Origin: Fimbriosthenelais zetlandica
Lineage: Eukaryota
Assembly: GCA_977030845.1 (NCBI GenBank)
Contig: OZ365118.1
Coordinates: 22,258,001-22,322,000, forward strand
DNA: 64,000 bases
Reading direction: 5' to 3'
Of this stretch, positions 1-12,671 are shown one piece after another (positions within the stretch are counted from its first letter, which is position 1; each line of letters opens with the position of its first letter). Below the pieces are notes generated by a model that had not been told where the DNA came from, did not search any database, and saw nothing but the letters and a program-made list of their open reading frames with translations. The position numbers and the translations under genes were made by a program.

Positions 1-563
1 TTAGATCTTGGTTTATTCCTGACACTGGGTGCTTCAAGTACAGGTCTCTGGCTGTGGCAGAGTTAAAAATGCCAAATAACTAAAGTGAGCCTCCTTTTGT
101 TCCCTCTGAGATCATTCACCTCAAAGCTACTGAGTTGTATCTGTCACATTGGACAAAAACCTACCAATAACTTACAAATCTTAACGTATAAAACATGGAA
201 TATTTCCCTAAATCTCTGACGCCTGGCAGCATTCTACTGGCAGGTAAATCAGACCTCAGTGAAGACAGTGTAGATCAGGATCATGTCAATAAGATGGACG
301 TGATCTGGGTGTTAGATCAGGGTGTCCAGTACACAGAACATCCACATGAAGAGGACAATACAAATACATACACCACCCCGCCACTCTCCCCCCACTCCTC
401 TCTTCTCCCATCTATTCTCCTTCAACAGCCCAGAATGAAGGGAGTGTCACACAGTAAATGTGAGCCCCTTGAAAAGTTTGATCCTCAAACATTCAGAGTG
501 TGACAGAGACACCAAGTGTCCGTCACCTGAACTACCATCAGGTATAGGGCGTCCCTGGGGTAA

Positions 564-584
564 CCCCCCCCCCCCCCCACCCCC
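564..584. repeat. poly-C tract (first of many poly-G/C runs, e.g. ~3139-3170, 3572-3656, 3775-3790, 9314-9329, 17445-17467, 19617-19640, 27561-27595, 31020-31040, 40790-40807, 43354-43377, 57490-57507)
   Basis: Homopolymer runs read directly from the sequence; coordinates of the secondary runs are approximate. Confidence 0.9.
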
Positions 585-3361
585 AATCTCACATACCATC
601 CTCGCCACAAGGGGTCGCTGTCATCTATACTCAATCCTCTCTAACTCCTCCTTTGTAATTTTACTTTTTTTTCAAAACGAGATCTTTTCTCTGAATAATA
701 CACACATCCCGTTGCTATTTTAAAGCTGGGGGGATTTATCATTACAAGGAAAAGCCAAGAAAACAGTAGAATAGAGGTGCAGCTCTACTGAGTTCAGGCT
801 ATAGTCAGTGACTGTGAGGCTAATAACAGCCTGTACACAGCGTCAATCAGATCATTCATATTTCATAAGAGCTAACAATGTGAAGATTTTTTACTTGTTG
901 TATCATTTGTACGTCATCTTGAGGTCATCCATCTTGTGTACAGATCACCTATAAAGGACAGAATACTTGAAGCTCAGGATAACTTCACGGTTTACAGAGC
1001 AAGCCTCTGATAGAGTGGGTCAAACCAGAGCGCATTATGTGTCAAACTAAATGAATCACATCTAAATCTTTCACTTTGTGGTGAAAACTTTTGTGGAGAA
1101 TAAAAACTCCCAGCGTGAGATGGCAATAACTTTAATGTGGGGCACACGGCAACTAGGATCCACTCAACTGTACATATAAAAACATCCAAATATTTCCCCA
1201 TATATTCTCAAACTTAAATACTTATAATCCTCCCCCAACCAGGAAGATTTTCCAAATTCTTTGCCAATATCAAAGCTCAATAAATTAAAGATTTACCAAT
1301 CATTACCTTTCCTGATGAACCCAATAAAACAAAAAATAACAGTGATCTTACTAAGACAGTCAGTGAATGTTACAGCCAGTAGAGGACAGCCAGTATAGTT
1401 GATGTTAAGTGAGGCAGGTTGTATTGTTTTACACCAGTTATCTGTAGAGTAACTACTGAGGCTGGTAGGAGGAGGAGAGGGTAATACTGTGATAAGAATG
1501 ACCGGGGATTTGGCTGGGTCTAACCCGTGTAAGCTGTATCAGACACTCAGGTCTATACCACCAGTTTTTACGCCAGACCTGGCAGTAGTTTTTAAGGCAG
1601 ACCTGGCAGCATTTTCTCATTTGTTCCTCATTATTTGAGCCACAGATCTGACTGCACTGTTCAGACCAATAATGTACGTGTGTTTGTCATTAAGATCTCC
1701 GGGTGGAGATGTATTAACGTAAATAAAGACCACTACACACTATACGGATATCATATAATGTCTGACAATATGAGGCAATGATTTGTCAACTAAACTTGAT
1801 GCTAGATATGCTCTCTACCTGTCAACAGGTCATTACTCTACTAATATATACCACACCCCACCACGCCCCACCCCAGCCCCGACACTGCCACCTGTCCACA
1901 CCATCTTGTCTCCCTTCAAAATAAGTTTTTTTGGGAAATTTTTGCCATCCTAGAGTTTCTAAAGGTTTTTTCTTCTGCCCAGACCTTCCTGGTAACTTGC
2001 CCTGACTTTGCTAGGTGACTTTCTCGATCATCTACTGAAGGAGAATATCATTTTCACCAGACAAATTAAGTCAGCCATGTTGTTGTACTAAAGCACCTTG
2101 TCCTGGTAGAACAATACTGTATGAGACCCCAGGCTCAGGTTGACAAGGGGGGCATGATCAACTAACCCCCTATAACATACATGCTGGAATAACAATTAAA
2201 TACTTCTATATCACTCCAGTCGTATCCCACTGCTTCAAAGTGAAAAATAAAGTAAAATACTTAAAATTGCTTCTTTTTTACAAGCAAGTGGAGTGGAATC
2301 CCATAAAGAAGAGAAGGCAATGTGGAGAACAAGGCACAGTGGGAGAACTGGAGGCCAGCTGGTAAAATCACCATACATGTAACTCCCACGATTTACAGCC
2401 ACACAAAAATGGACTTCCCATGTCCTGAAACACCGCGTTCCTTCCTCCAGGCGTGATCGTGTTCCTAGCTGAGGGATTTTTTCCCTCTTTTGATCAGAGC
2501 CAAGTAAGCGAATCTATGAGTGCATTAAAATAAAGAATCCACAATGACGACCAGATGTGAGAGATCAGGTACCAACACTGGCTACACTGTCATGATCCAC
2601 TATTTATATTAAACATGACAAGCCACGTCTGGGGTGATAATCCATTCATCTGGAATACCAGAACCTCAGATCACGCCAGCAGATCATTGCCCTCCTGTTT
2701 CCTGGCACTTAATTTAATGGTAAAATCCATGAAGAGAAAGAAAGATGAAATAGATGTCATTCCAGGCTGGGGTGGGGCTGTCTCCATGGGAACAGTATCC
2801 ATGGACAGTGGGATGGGACCTTAGATACACATGTCTGGTCTCACTGGTCTTCTCTGCCATGAGACGCCTCCTCTATATATAAAATCATAGACCAGCGTCT
2901 GTGATGGAATGTTGGTAAAGTCCTTGTGAAGTAATGACCAGGGGAGGTGGATGGTAGCCGCAGGTTACACTAATCAATGAGAGTGGTCTAATCACCCCGG
3001 GTAATCCGTCCACCTACTGCTTCATCCATCTCCTCCATCTCCCACCTTCCAATATCTCCCATCTTCTCCCACCTATCATCTCTCAGCATGCCAGTTTTTC
3101 CTATCTCCCACCAGAGACAATGTATCATTGCACTACTTACCCCCCCCCCCCCCTCACCCCACCCCCCACCCTAGACAGTCCACTACTTACCCTGCCGTGT
3201 ATTTACATCTCAAACTAATCATTCTTCCAGGATTAAACTATATAATAATCCACAAGGTTGATATGTGATTCCAATAACGTTATGAAGTAATTTAGACGTT
3301 ATGAGGCAGTCTGTGTACACGTTATGAAGTCACGTATGAAGTTAAGTGTAGACGTAAGAAG

Positions 3362-3493
3362 CTACGTGTGGATGTTGTGGTGTTGTAGGCAGTCTACGTG
3401 TGGATGTTGTGGTGTTGTAGGCAGTCTACGTGTGGATGTTGTGGTGTTGTAGGCAGTCTACGTGTGGATGTTGTGGTGTTGTAGGCAGTCTAC
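3362..3493 (+). repeat. 32-bp minisatellite, 4 perfect copies (ctacgtgtggatgttgtggtgttgtaggcagt)
   Basis: Units at 3362, 3394, 3426 and 3458 plus a partial ctac. Confidence 0.95.
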
Positions 3494-5882
3494 CAATTAA
3501 TGTGTTCCCACGTTTAGTGGTGAGTAGAGATCCGTGGCGGGGCGCGGTACGCAGACTCACTCACTGGTAGATGGGGGGGGGGGGGGGGGGGTAGGTGGGG
3601 GGGGGGGGGGTAGGTGGAGAGATCTGGGTGAGTGGGTGTGTGTAGGGGGGGGGGGGTGACCTTCTGAGCTGGTGTCCCAGCCTGGCTACATACATGAGTT
3701 GCTCCAGTCAAGCACTGTATGTTATAGATACCATAACAATGAGGACAGGTAGATAGGGTGGCCAGGTGTGCTGGTGGGGGGGGGGGGGGGATGAGACAAG
3801 GAGCTAATAAACACCTTTATTTTACCTTGATTACTAAAAGGCAACTCACATGTCATATGTTCCTGGGTGAAAAGACATTTGACACTTAGAATTGTGAGAG
3901 CAACTGCGTGAGAGCAATTGCTGAGCTTTTGGGGGTATTTTTTTGGAATATTTCCTGCTCATCTTTTTTTCGTGAGTTGAGGTATTTTTTCAGTGTAATA
4001 GTTAAGACGGAGGTTGTGTTGGCGGGATCCGGGAAGAAGAGATCCAAGGAAAAGTTGGGGCAAAACATGAGCTAAAAATAGAGCGAGTTGATGTGGAGCC
4101 AGAGGGGGCGAGCTGTGTGGTGTTTGGGTGGGAATGTAGTACACAATTAACACACTTTATTAGCACCATTATACGACAATAAAAACATGGTACATTATTA
4201 TTAAAATATTCACCACTTCTGCACTCAATGCACACAAACCGTGCACACACTTGTACAGTTAAGTGATCTTTGCAATGCTCTTTGTTCATGGCTAATCTTT
4301 ATCCTCAATATCTGATATATGTAGATTTTTTGTACCATTTGTACTCACACAGAAGGCACACAGCTATATTGCTCACAGTGTTATAAGTAGGGGAGATTAT
4401 GAGTGGTTATTTATAAACTGGAGGTTGTAGTTTTTGAGTGAGTATTAGGGTTGGTATATAGTAGGGAGGGGTGGGGGAAGGGGGTAGGGGGTAGGGGGTA
4501 GGGGGTGGTATAGATTTAGCTGGACTGTGGAATGTTAGGCTATAGATCTCTCCACCACATCACATAAACTACAATGTTTACCCACAACAACTCATCTCTA
4601 CTCCTCTCTACCTTCCTCCCATCTTCTCTTCTTTTCATCTTCTCTTTCTCTTATCTTCTCTTCCATTTCCTTTCTTTACAGTCTCTCTGCCCTCATCGAT
4701 TGTACCAATATTTCCCCTCATTCCCTCATTTCACCATATAGCCTCCACATGTAGCCTTCACCTTGATCTGACCATCTCAGGAAGGTTAGGTGATAAATCC
4801 ACCGTATCTACTATTGATCATCTCCACTAACTTCACCCATGTAAACCCCACGGCAGGTCGGAGGCCTCTAAACCCCTGATAGGTAATCTTTAAACCTGTC
4901 CTTAATGTAATCAGATCCCGGGAACCCCTTTCAGTGCCTCTCAGGTCACATGGGGTACCTGTGGGAATTTAGGCCTGGATTTTAACTCAAGTTTTCATGT
5001 TTATGTAACACAGCAACTGGTATGGATTAGTTGCTATGGTAACGTCTGTAATGAAGCCTAGTGGTACGTGGATCCATCAGGGGGATTTATAGCGGAGTTT
5101 TTTCCTGGGAATTCTATAGCACTTTATAATAATTTAGAGAGCGTTGAAAGAGAAAAATGCCTCGCCAGGAAGCGGAAATAGGGAGCATGGAGGGAAGTTG
5201 TCACATTTGCCGCTAGATGGGGTGTGAACACGGGCTTACTGTGACCTCATGACCTCACCATGACAACCAATCCGGGTAGTCGTGTAGAGGAATACTAATC
5301 AACATATAAATTATAGACGTGCTGGTACTGAGCGATAATAGGGCAGGAAATGAGATGCAGGCCCACGTGGTCTGAGACGGGGGGAAAGCTGGTCCAGAAT
5401 GAGAGTAAGTTACATGGTCTAAATCTACCAGGCTTTATACCCGGATTATAGGCTAATCCCAGCACCCCACAGGGTTAATTAACACTTAACTCTAACCTAA
5501 TCCTGGGGGGTCGTTTGTGTGTATTTTCCACCGGTTTTGTATCAACCACATGCCCTCAGGGGATCCTGGTACATCTATAGCTTTGATCCTTGTTCCCATT
5601 TCACCATTTGTTTCATGTTATAATCAATTTTACCAATAATATAGCCTACAGCTTTTTATTGATATGACAATACCTCCATATCATAATCTGATTCAAACAA
5701 TCAGAGCAATATAAAGATTCCCTATACCATTATTTGAGCCACATCATGTTTGTCTACAGATTCATGACCCTTATTATCCACCTAGATCATCTCCAAATAA
5801 TCCTAATCTCAATAAAGATAACTTATCTCCCCACAAAACGAGTAATAAAAGCAGACAAGTGGCGTAAAGCATGCGAGGCATG

Positions 5883-5898
5883 TAGCGCCTCCTGGTGG
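5883..5898 (-). promoter_or_regulatory. CTCF-like motif CCACCAGGAGGCGCTA
   Basis: Near-perfect match to the bilaterian CTCF core consensus. Motif match only; no binding data. Confidence 0.45.
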
Positions 5899-6407
5899 GG
5901 AGAATAACCGGCGTTTAACTGTAAAATTACAGCCTGACTGGCCGTGGGAGTGGCCGCCTAGTGAGTCGTGAAGGAACTACAGTTAATGGCGCTGGGAGGA
6001 AGCCAAGTGTTTCTTCTTCCTTCCACCAGAGCGCGTGTCTGTCTGGTGAGGCATTATAGCAATGTGGGATGTGGAACACCTGGTTTATAATGGCTGAAAT
6101 ACTGTACTCCTAGTTCCTCCAATATCAACTAGGTGGAGGCACACTATTACTGAACTTATCCTATCATTTCCAGTTAGAATTGAAGGACATTTAGGAAAAT
6201 TCTTCCAGTCAGAACTGAAGTAACTTTAGGACAGTCCATGTAGAAAGAATATTGTAGACTTTGTTGTCATATATGTCACATTTACATCAGCATATTTGTT
6301 CAAAACTTGATTATATATTTAATAGCACTTTACATACTTAAATGTCAGGTTGGAAATGAAAAATTAAACACAAAAGAGAAGAATAATATATAGTAAAGTT
6401 GCCGTAC

Positions 6408-7289
6408 CTGTTTGGCGTATTGTCCTCGTCTGGTTGGTGGTTCAGTCCGCCATCTTGTATCAGGGACGCTGGTTCAGGGAGGATGTCATCTTGTAGGACC
6501 ATGTCTGGTGAGTCAGGGGGAGGTACAGAGGGTGGTGGTGGGGGTAGAGACGCCGGGGGTGGTGGAGGTGACGTCACGTCATCCACTACGTCACCAGGTG
6601 ACGTCTCCCACGTCACGTCTGGTTTATGTTGTGTATAAGGGTGGAAGGCCTGGTGGTCCTGGTGATGGTACTGACCAGGTTTGGGTTGTGTTTTGGGTTG
6701 AGTTTTGGGTGGTATTTGATGTGGTTTACTTGTTGATGTGTTGCTATCTGTCTTTACATGTACCACATCTATTTTATGTGACCTTGAGACATCAGGTTGA
6801 CTATGGTTGCTGTCACGTACTGTCACATCACGTACTGTCACATCATGTACTGTCACATCGTTAGATCGTGGTGGTTGAGGAGTGACAGCCTCCTGTGGTA
6901 TTGGAGGCCTGTCTACGGGTCGTGACATGGCCACGGCAGGTTTAATATCTGACAGTGACTTGGACTGTAGCCGTGCGCCTTGCTGAACGCCTGAGAAGCG
7001 CAGCATCTGCTGACGTAACTGGTTGGCATAGTGATCAGGTTTAGGAGTGTTCTCAAAGTCAGCTGTCACGTCTGGTTGGTGGTAGGAGGTGACAGGTGAC
7101 GGGAGTGGACGGAACTTGTACTCGCTGGTCGTAGATCGGTCAGTGTGACGGTAGTTCCGGGGTGGGAGTGTAGGGGGCGGGGGTGACTCCTCCTCCTCAC
7201 TGTACACCTTATTATGTGTTACCTGGTAACCATGACGCTGGGCAAACTCAGTCGATGGAGACTTGGTCGGTGAAGAACCTCCACTAGAA
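6408..7289 (-). CDS. Shroom: Internal coding exon (882 nt, phase 2 to 2) of the large minus-strand gene; proline-rich, disordered
   Basis: Lies in ORF 6338-7321. Acceptor ctgtatttttcag|TTCTAGT, donor AACAG|gtacgg. Length is a multiple of 3 and the phase matches the upstream 95-nt exon. Encodes PPPTLPPRNYR, FRPLPSP, YANQLRQQMLRFS and PPPPPASLPPPPP. Gene name is inferred from the linked large exon. Confidence 0.8.
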
Positions 7290-10200
7290 CTGAAAAATAC
7301 AGAATGACAGATTATTAGCATTTTATCAAATTATGAGCAATAAAAAACAAGAAATCAGACATACTTTATATAAAATAGGACCCAAAGGTTAAACGAAAAA
7401 TACATGAAGTGTTTTAGAGTGTATGACTGGGTTTCTGCCCTGTGTTTTGTCTTGTGTTTTGAGAGTGTAGAGCCAGGATCCTGGACTTGTTTTGAGTAGT
7501 GTTTTGATAGTGTATGTCTGGGATACAGACCTCTGTATATATACATGTATATATATAGTAAGGTCAGTCACACTGTGTCTATTTCCATTTATTTCCTCGC
7601 TTTGCTTACTTCAACTTGTCATCGCTTTATTCCACTTACATACTGAACCTCCATCCAAACATTTACTTATCTTTGCCATTTTCTTTCTATAAACAAAGCT
7701 GAGGAGAAGCTGAGGCTTATTGATGGGTAAATGAGAGTAGCTGATTATGCTATGATAATCCCTGTATATGGGATATCAGAGAATGACTTCTGTAAGCGAT
7801 ACATCTTATATATCCATCAATATGATGATCATTATTTTATAAAGAATACAATCCTGAGTATCAGTGATGATGAGATGTTAGTGAGTTTATCCAGTAATAA
7901 ACATGATATTATTATAGTACACACATGTATATATATATACATGCTGTATGGTGTAGTCGTGCCATAACACGGTCTGTATATAACGAGGACTGTATTACAT
8001 GGTCTGTATATAGCAGTCTGTGAAGTGAAGCTTGTAGTATACATTAGTAGTATACATTAGGCTTATACATAGCCAGGAGGAGATTAGTCCATGTACGTGG
8101 TTCATATTGCCCATCATGTTCCAGTCACTACCAGACTTCTCTTATACCTACAACTAACACTCTAATCATGCCTTACATGATCCAATGTTATAAGCAGCAT
8201 ATAGATGCTATATAGGCATATGTTTCTTCACTTCTTTTCAGACAGTATAACTTAATATAACCCCAAACCTCATTAGTTTAAATGCACAACCTGGAAATTC
8301 ATCTCAAGACGATGATAGGGTCATACATGTCATCATAGACATCTATACAGTCTCCTAGAACATCTATATAGACTCCTAGAACTTCACAAATAAAAGTATG
8401 AGAGAAAAACGCCCATTATAGCAATACAGAGGTGCTTTGATCAGTGGAGCTGATCTCTACAAAAAGTACACAATAAGGCGGTAATGGTGGGTATAGTGAA
8501 CATAGGGGGAAGTGGGGCAAAACATCACCACGTAATACAGGCAGAACATGCAACGACAGGCTGTCAGAGAATGGGGGAGAGACGTGTAGACAGGGGTAGA
8601 GATATACAGATGAGGACTATAACCCATATACTGTACCATTCATATACACAACCCCCTCATAAACAAGGTCTAACCTCTATTTTCACGGCTGACAGAGTTT
8701 CTTGAATTCTGTATCAGACATGGACAATGTCTTTAAAAAAGTCTTAGAAACGTACGTGAGAACTGCTTATACTGTAGAGACATAAATGGACATTTACACA
8801 CACAGTTATGTAAATTTATTTAAATATTCAGGAAACCCAACTCCAGGGGTCCAGCCTCGAGATGATTTCAGCAGAGTGAGAGACACTGAGACCTGATTTA
8901 GGATCATCCCATGTAACAAGCTGGTCAAATAGAGTCATATAAGACAAGGGTTTCATGTGTCATGTACATGACAGATGTGTCACCTTCATGTAAATGTCAT
9001 GTAAATGTCCACTATTATTGTCAACAAAAGTTCCTAAAATCATGTCAGACAATGGTCTCACTGACTTTATAGTCAGGCCTGTACGACAGGCCTGGTATCA
9101 TCACAATCTAACCTCGTTGCTATTTATATACAGTTTATTTTCGCCCTAAATATGAACCCAGATCTCCGTTAGATCACTGACATACAATGGCATAGACTGA
9201 CTTGTAATTATATTCACCCTGAATAAGAACTGTTAGATGTTGTAGGTGAGCTGGGGTTGTCGTACCTTGTATGGGTCTGTTAAGGGTGACATGGTGTCTT
9301 AATTGCCCTGTATGGGGGGGGGGGGGGAGGGCGGTTGTCTTACCTTGTATGATTATAGTAAGGTTGGTGGGTGGGGGTTTGTCTTACCTTGTATTATTAA
9401 CTTTACGTTTTACACTCCCTCGACCTGCGGGGGTATGTCTAACTCTGTTCACCACGTAACACTGCTTCTTCTTAAATCCAAACATCTTCATTATCTTATA
9501 TCTCTCAGTTATAATCCAGTATTATCAACCAGTACTAGTATCCAGTACAAGCATCTAGTATTATCATCCTTAATGTAACTCTCAGCTCTAACTCCTGGAT
9601 CATTAAAGGTACCAGTGAATGTACATGTCCTTGTAGTTAATAATATAGATCCGTGCAGTCGCTGACCATGACAGAATGAACCCCCAATAGACAATGACCA
9701 GTCGCCCTCTAATAGACCCACAGTAACGACCAAGTCAGGAACAGGTACAAAGACTTAGTCAGAAATGATCCACTTTAGGGCAAAGATCCAAATAGTTCTG
9801 AGGGCCAAGAACACTCTCGTCTCAACCATAAGACGGTGTGACTGATAAAGTAAAGGTAGATAAGGGTAAGGAGTGCAGCAGGTTTGTATGAAGTGTATGT
9901 TTGGCCGTTATCTCAACCAATATGATAGAGAGAGGTGACTGTTACACATTAATACATGACTCATAAAGTCTCCATAGCAACAACATCCTTGAGGGTCTCC
10001 CTACAACTCATGACGTCATTAATGTCTATAAATAGCCTGTGGAGATCCTCTATTTCCTATTTTATATCAGATTAGAATGTTTCCATGGTAATGTAACATC
10101 CTCTTTTTCCTCCTGGCGTTATAAGGACGTGAGAGCTGGTAGAGTATGAGTTGAGGTCTGCTTTTTCACCCTTTTCACCGAGCAGTGTGTGATAAGGGGA

Positions 10201-12376
10201 TGTAACGGTTTGTGGGCCGGATGATGGGTACAGGGGGTGGGCAGTGTGTGTGTGGGTGTGTGTGTGTGTGTGTGTTAGTGGGTGAGTGTATGCTATATGA
10301 TCCGCCTGTAAGGCAGGAGGGATCCAAAGGAACAAGGCACATGTTGTCATGGAAATGTCATGCTTTGGTTCTTATAGAAACTGGCAGTTATGGTCGGTGG
10401 AATCCCTCACAAATAAATTCACTATCTTAATATTTTAACATTCTTTTCATTTAGCAAAGCCCTCTTAAAATCAGGAAAATCAGCTTGGAGTTTCTCTTCA
10501 ATTCTCATAAGGTTGTGGTCATTTTTAATTCATTAAGTTGTGAGGTTATATTGAAAACAGAAGCACAAACATTAGTTTCTTAAGGTAAAATGCCTGCTGT
10601 TATCAGTGAAGCGGAGTTAAGGCCACTACTCGAGGCAGATCTAACATCTGTCCCTGCTTACAGAAGACTGGAATGCTGAACACTTAGACGTGCTGACAAC
10701 CTTTGTTTAAATCATTCAGTGTACCATTTACTTCCATTATTCCACCATCAATGCCTTACTTCTATGCAACAATTCATTACTCCTATGACTGCATAATAAT
10801 GTAGAAGAAAAACTAGTTCAATATATCAAGAAAAACTCCTTTAAAGTGAACTAAAGACAAGATATTCATTTAGGTCTGTGATATTGTGAGGTATATATAA
10901 ATAATACCTTTCCAGGTAAGATCTGAAGTATGACATACATGTATGAGGACCTGGGGGAGTATATTGTATATTATCAGTGTTTAACACCTGGCGTTGCCAT
11001 GGTTCCCCGGGCGTATACAGGTAGGTCGTGTATGAGGTACACAGCCATCATGGCTGAGTGAACTCAGTTCCACAAAACACGGCAAAATCAACCTAAATTC
11101 TACCCATTCCTTTCACCTCCATTAACAAGAAACTTTACAAGTATTTACCAAAGCTTAGAATAAAGCATTCTGCCCATTCCTTCTTCAGCATTCCCCAATA
11201 CACCCTCGGAATATTGTCCAAGTTTCTACTAATTCCAATGAAAATCATGCATTAATATTTAAAACAAACTAGTCTTTAATTATAGACTTTGTCTCTCGTT
11301 CATTTTTGGGGACCTTTTTTCAATAATTTGTCCATTTTTCATTAAATGACTCATGAACATATTGAAGCCCAGTCAGGCATGCTCCTTGCCTTCAGGCCAC
11401 GTCAAACTACCTTCTCATTTTACCTTATTTCCATTCCGGGGATTTTTTTCCACCAAATTCCCCAATAATCATAGAATAATCTTTGCAAACTGTGCATATT
11501 TTTGCATTAAATTACATGACACATCACGAATAACGAAATCTCTTTGTGCCTCAGCAGACTTGGTAAATTATTAAGCTCATATGGTAAAAAATTAATGTTG
11601 AGAACAATAGGTGTATGGTGTGTGGAGGTCTGGGGATGAGGGGACCTTTATATGCTGGGATGGGGGAACTCTGTCTCTATATGAATATACTATAAAAAAA
11701 AATACACAAACAACACACGGAGACAGGGGGAGGGGAATCCCCGACCTTTACCTCTACATGTCATAAGTTACATCCACTCAATCAGTTCACATGTGAGAGA
11801 AGGGCAGCATTGTGTCTACAGCACTAATATATACAACACGATGTTAGTATACAGTTAAAGACACGGAGGATGGGACGACAATGTCAACCATCTTCCCACA
11901 TCAATGCTTATGTCATCAAAATATTCACTTGAAATTTGGTGGAGGAAATATCATGAATTAGTATAACAAATGACAGAAATAGTTTGGTAAATAATAGAGG
12001 AAAAAACAATATTTTTTGTTGTACAGTGTAACTTTATACTGATTGTTTGGGGAGATAAGCATGTAGTATTATGAGGACATGTTTGAGTAAGTTGTGGAGC
12101 TGGTGGATCGTGACCTGGTCTATAGCACCATGTGTGGTGGGTTGTCATGGTAAATGTTTTATAGTTTTATAGGACGGTGACGGACCATGTGAGGGTGGAT
12201 GGAGAGAGAGTACTCGGTCAACTGTAAGGATTAGAGACTACAGAGAACGACAAGGCTTCATCCTACATGACTCACAGTCAACTCACAGTCAAATATAGAC
12301 ATGGCTGTCATTGTCATCTCCTCATCTCACTCTCACTCATACTCTAACTCTTTCTCTATCTCCCCTCTCTCTCATT

Positions 12377-12620
12377 GACTGACTGGCTGGCTCCCTGACT
12401 GAATGGACGAATGGACGAATTAATTTGAATGGCTGACTGACTGAAAAACTTGAATGGATGAATGGCAGAGAAAGATTGAATATCTGACTGATAAAATTAC
12501 ATGCTGGCTGGGCAGTTGCTGACTGACTGACTGACCGATTGACTGGCTGGTTGACTGACTGGCTGACTGTCTGGCTGTATGACTGTATTTTAATCTAAGG
12601 ACTGACTGACTGACTGAATG
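12377..12620 (+). repeat. Imperfect (GACT/GGCT/GAAT)n tetranucleotide microsatellite
   Basis: Runs of gactgactgactg interspersed with ggct/gaat variants. Confidence 0.85.
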
Positions 12621-12655
12621 TACCTATAGCCTAGGGAATGACCTGACCAGGACTC

Positions 12656-12671
12656 CCACCAGGGGGCAGTA
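12656..12671 (+). promoter_or_regulatory. CTCF-like motif CCACCAGGGGGCAGTA
   Basis: Near-perfect CTCF core consensus; motif match only. Confidence 0.45.

Noticed and set aside
1-6407. Search for ASD2-coding exons downstream of 6408
   Set aside because: No ORF or peptide resembling the ASD2 coiled coil (e.g. LLLSLSGRLAR) was found by eye; presumed to be outside the window.
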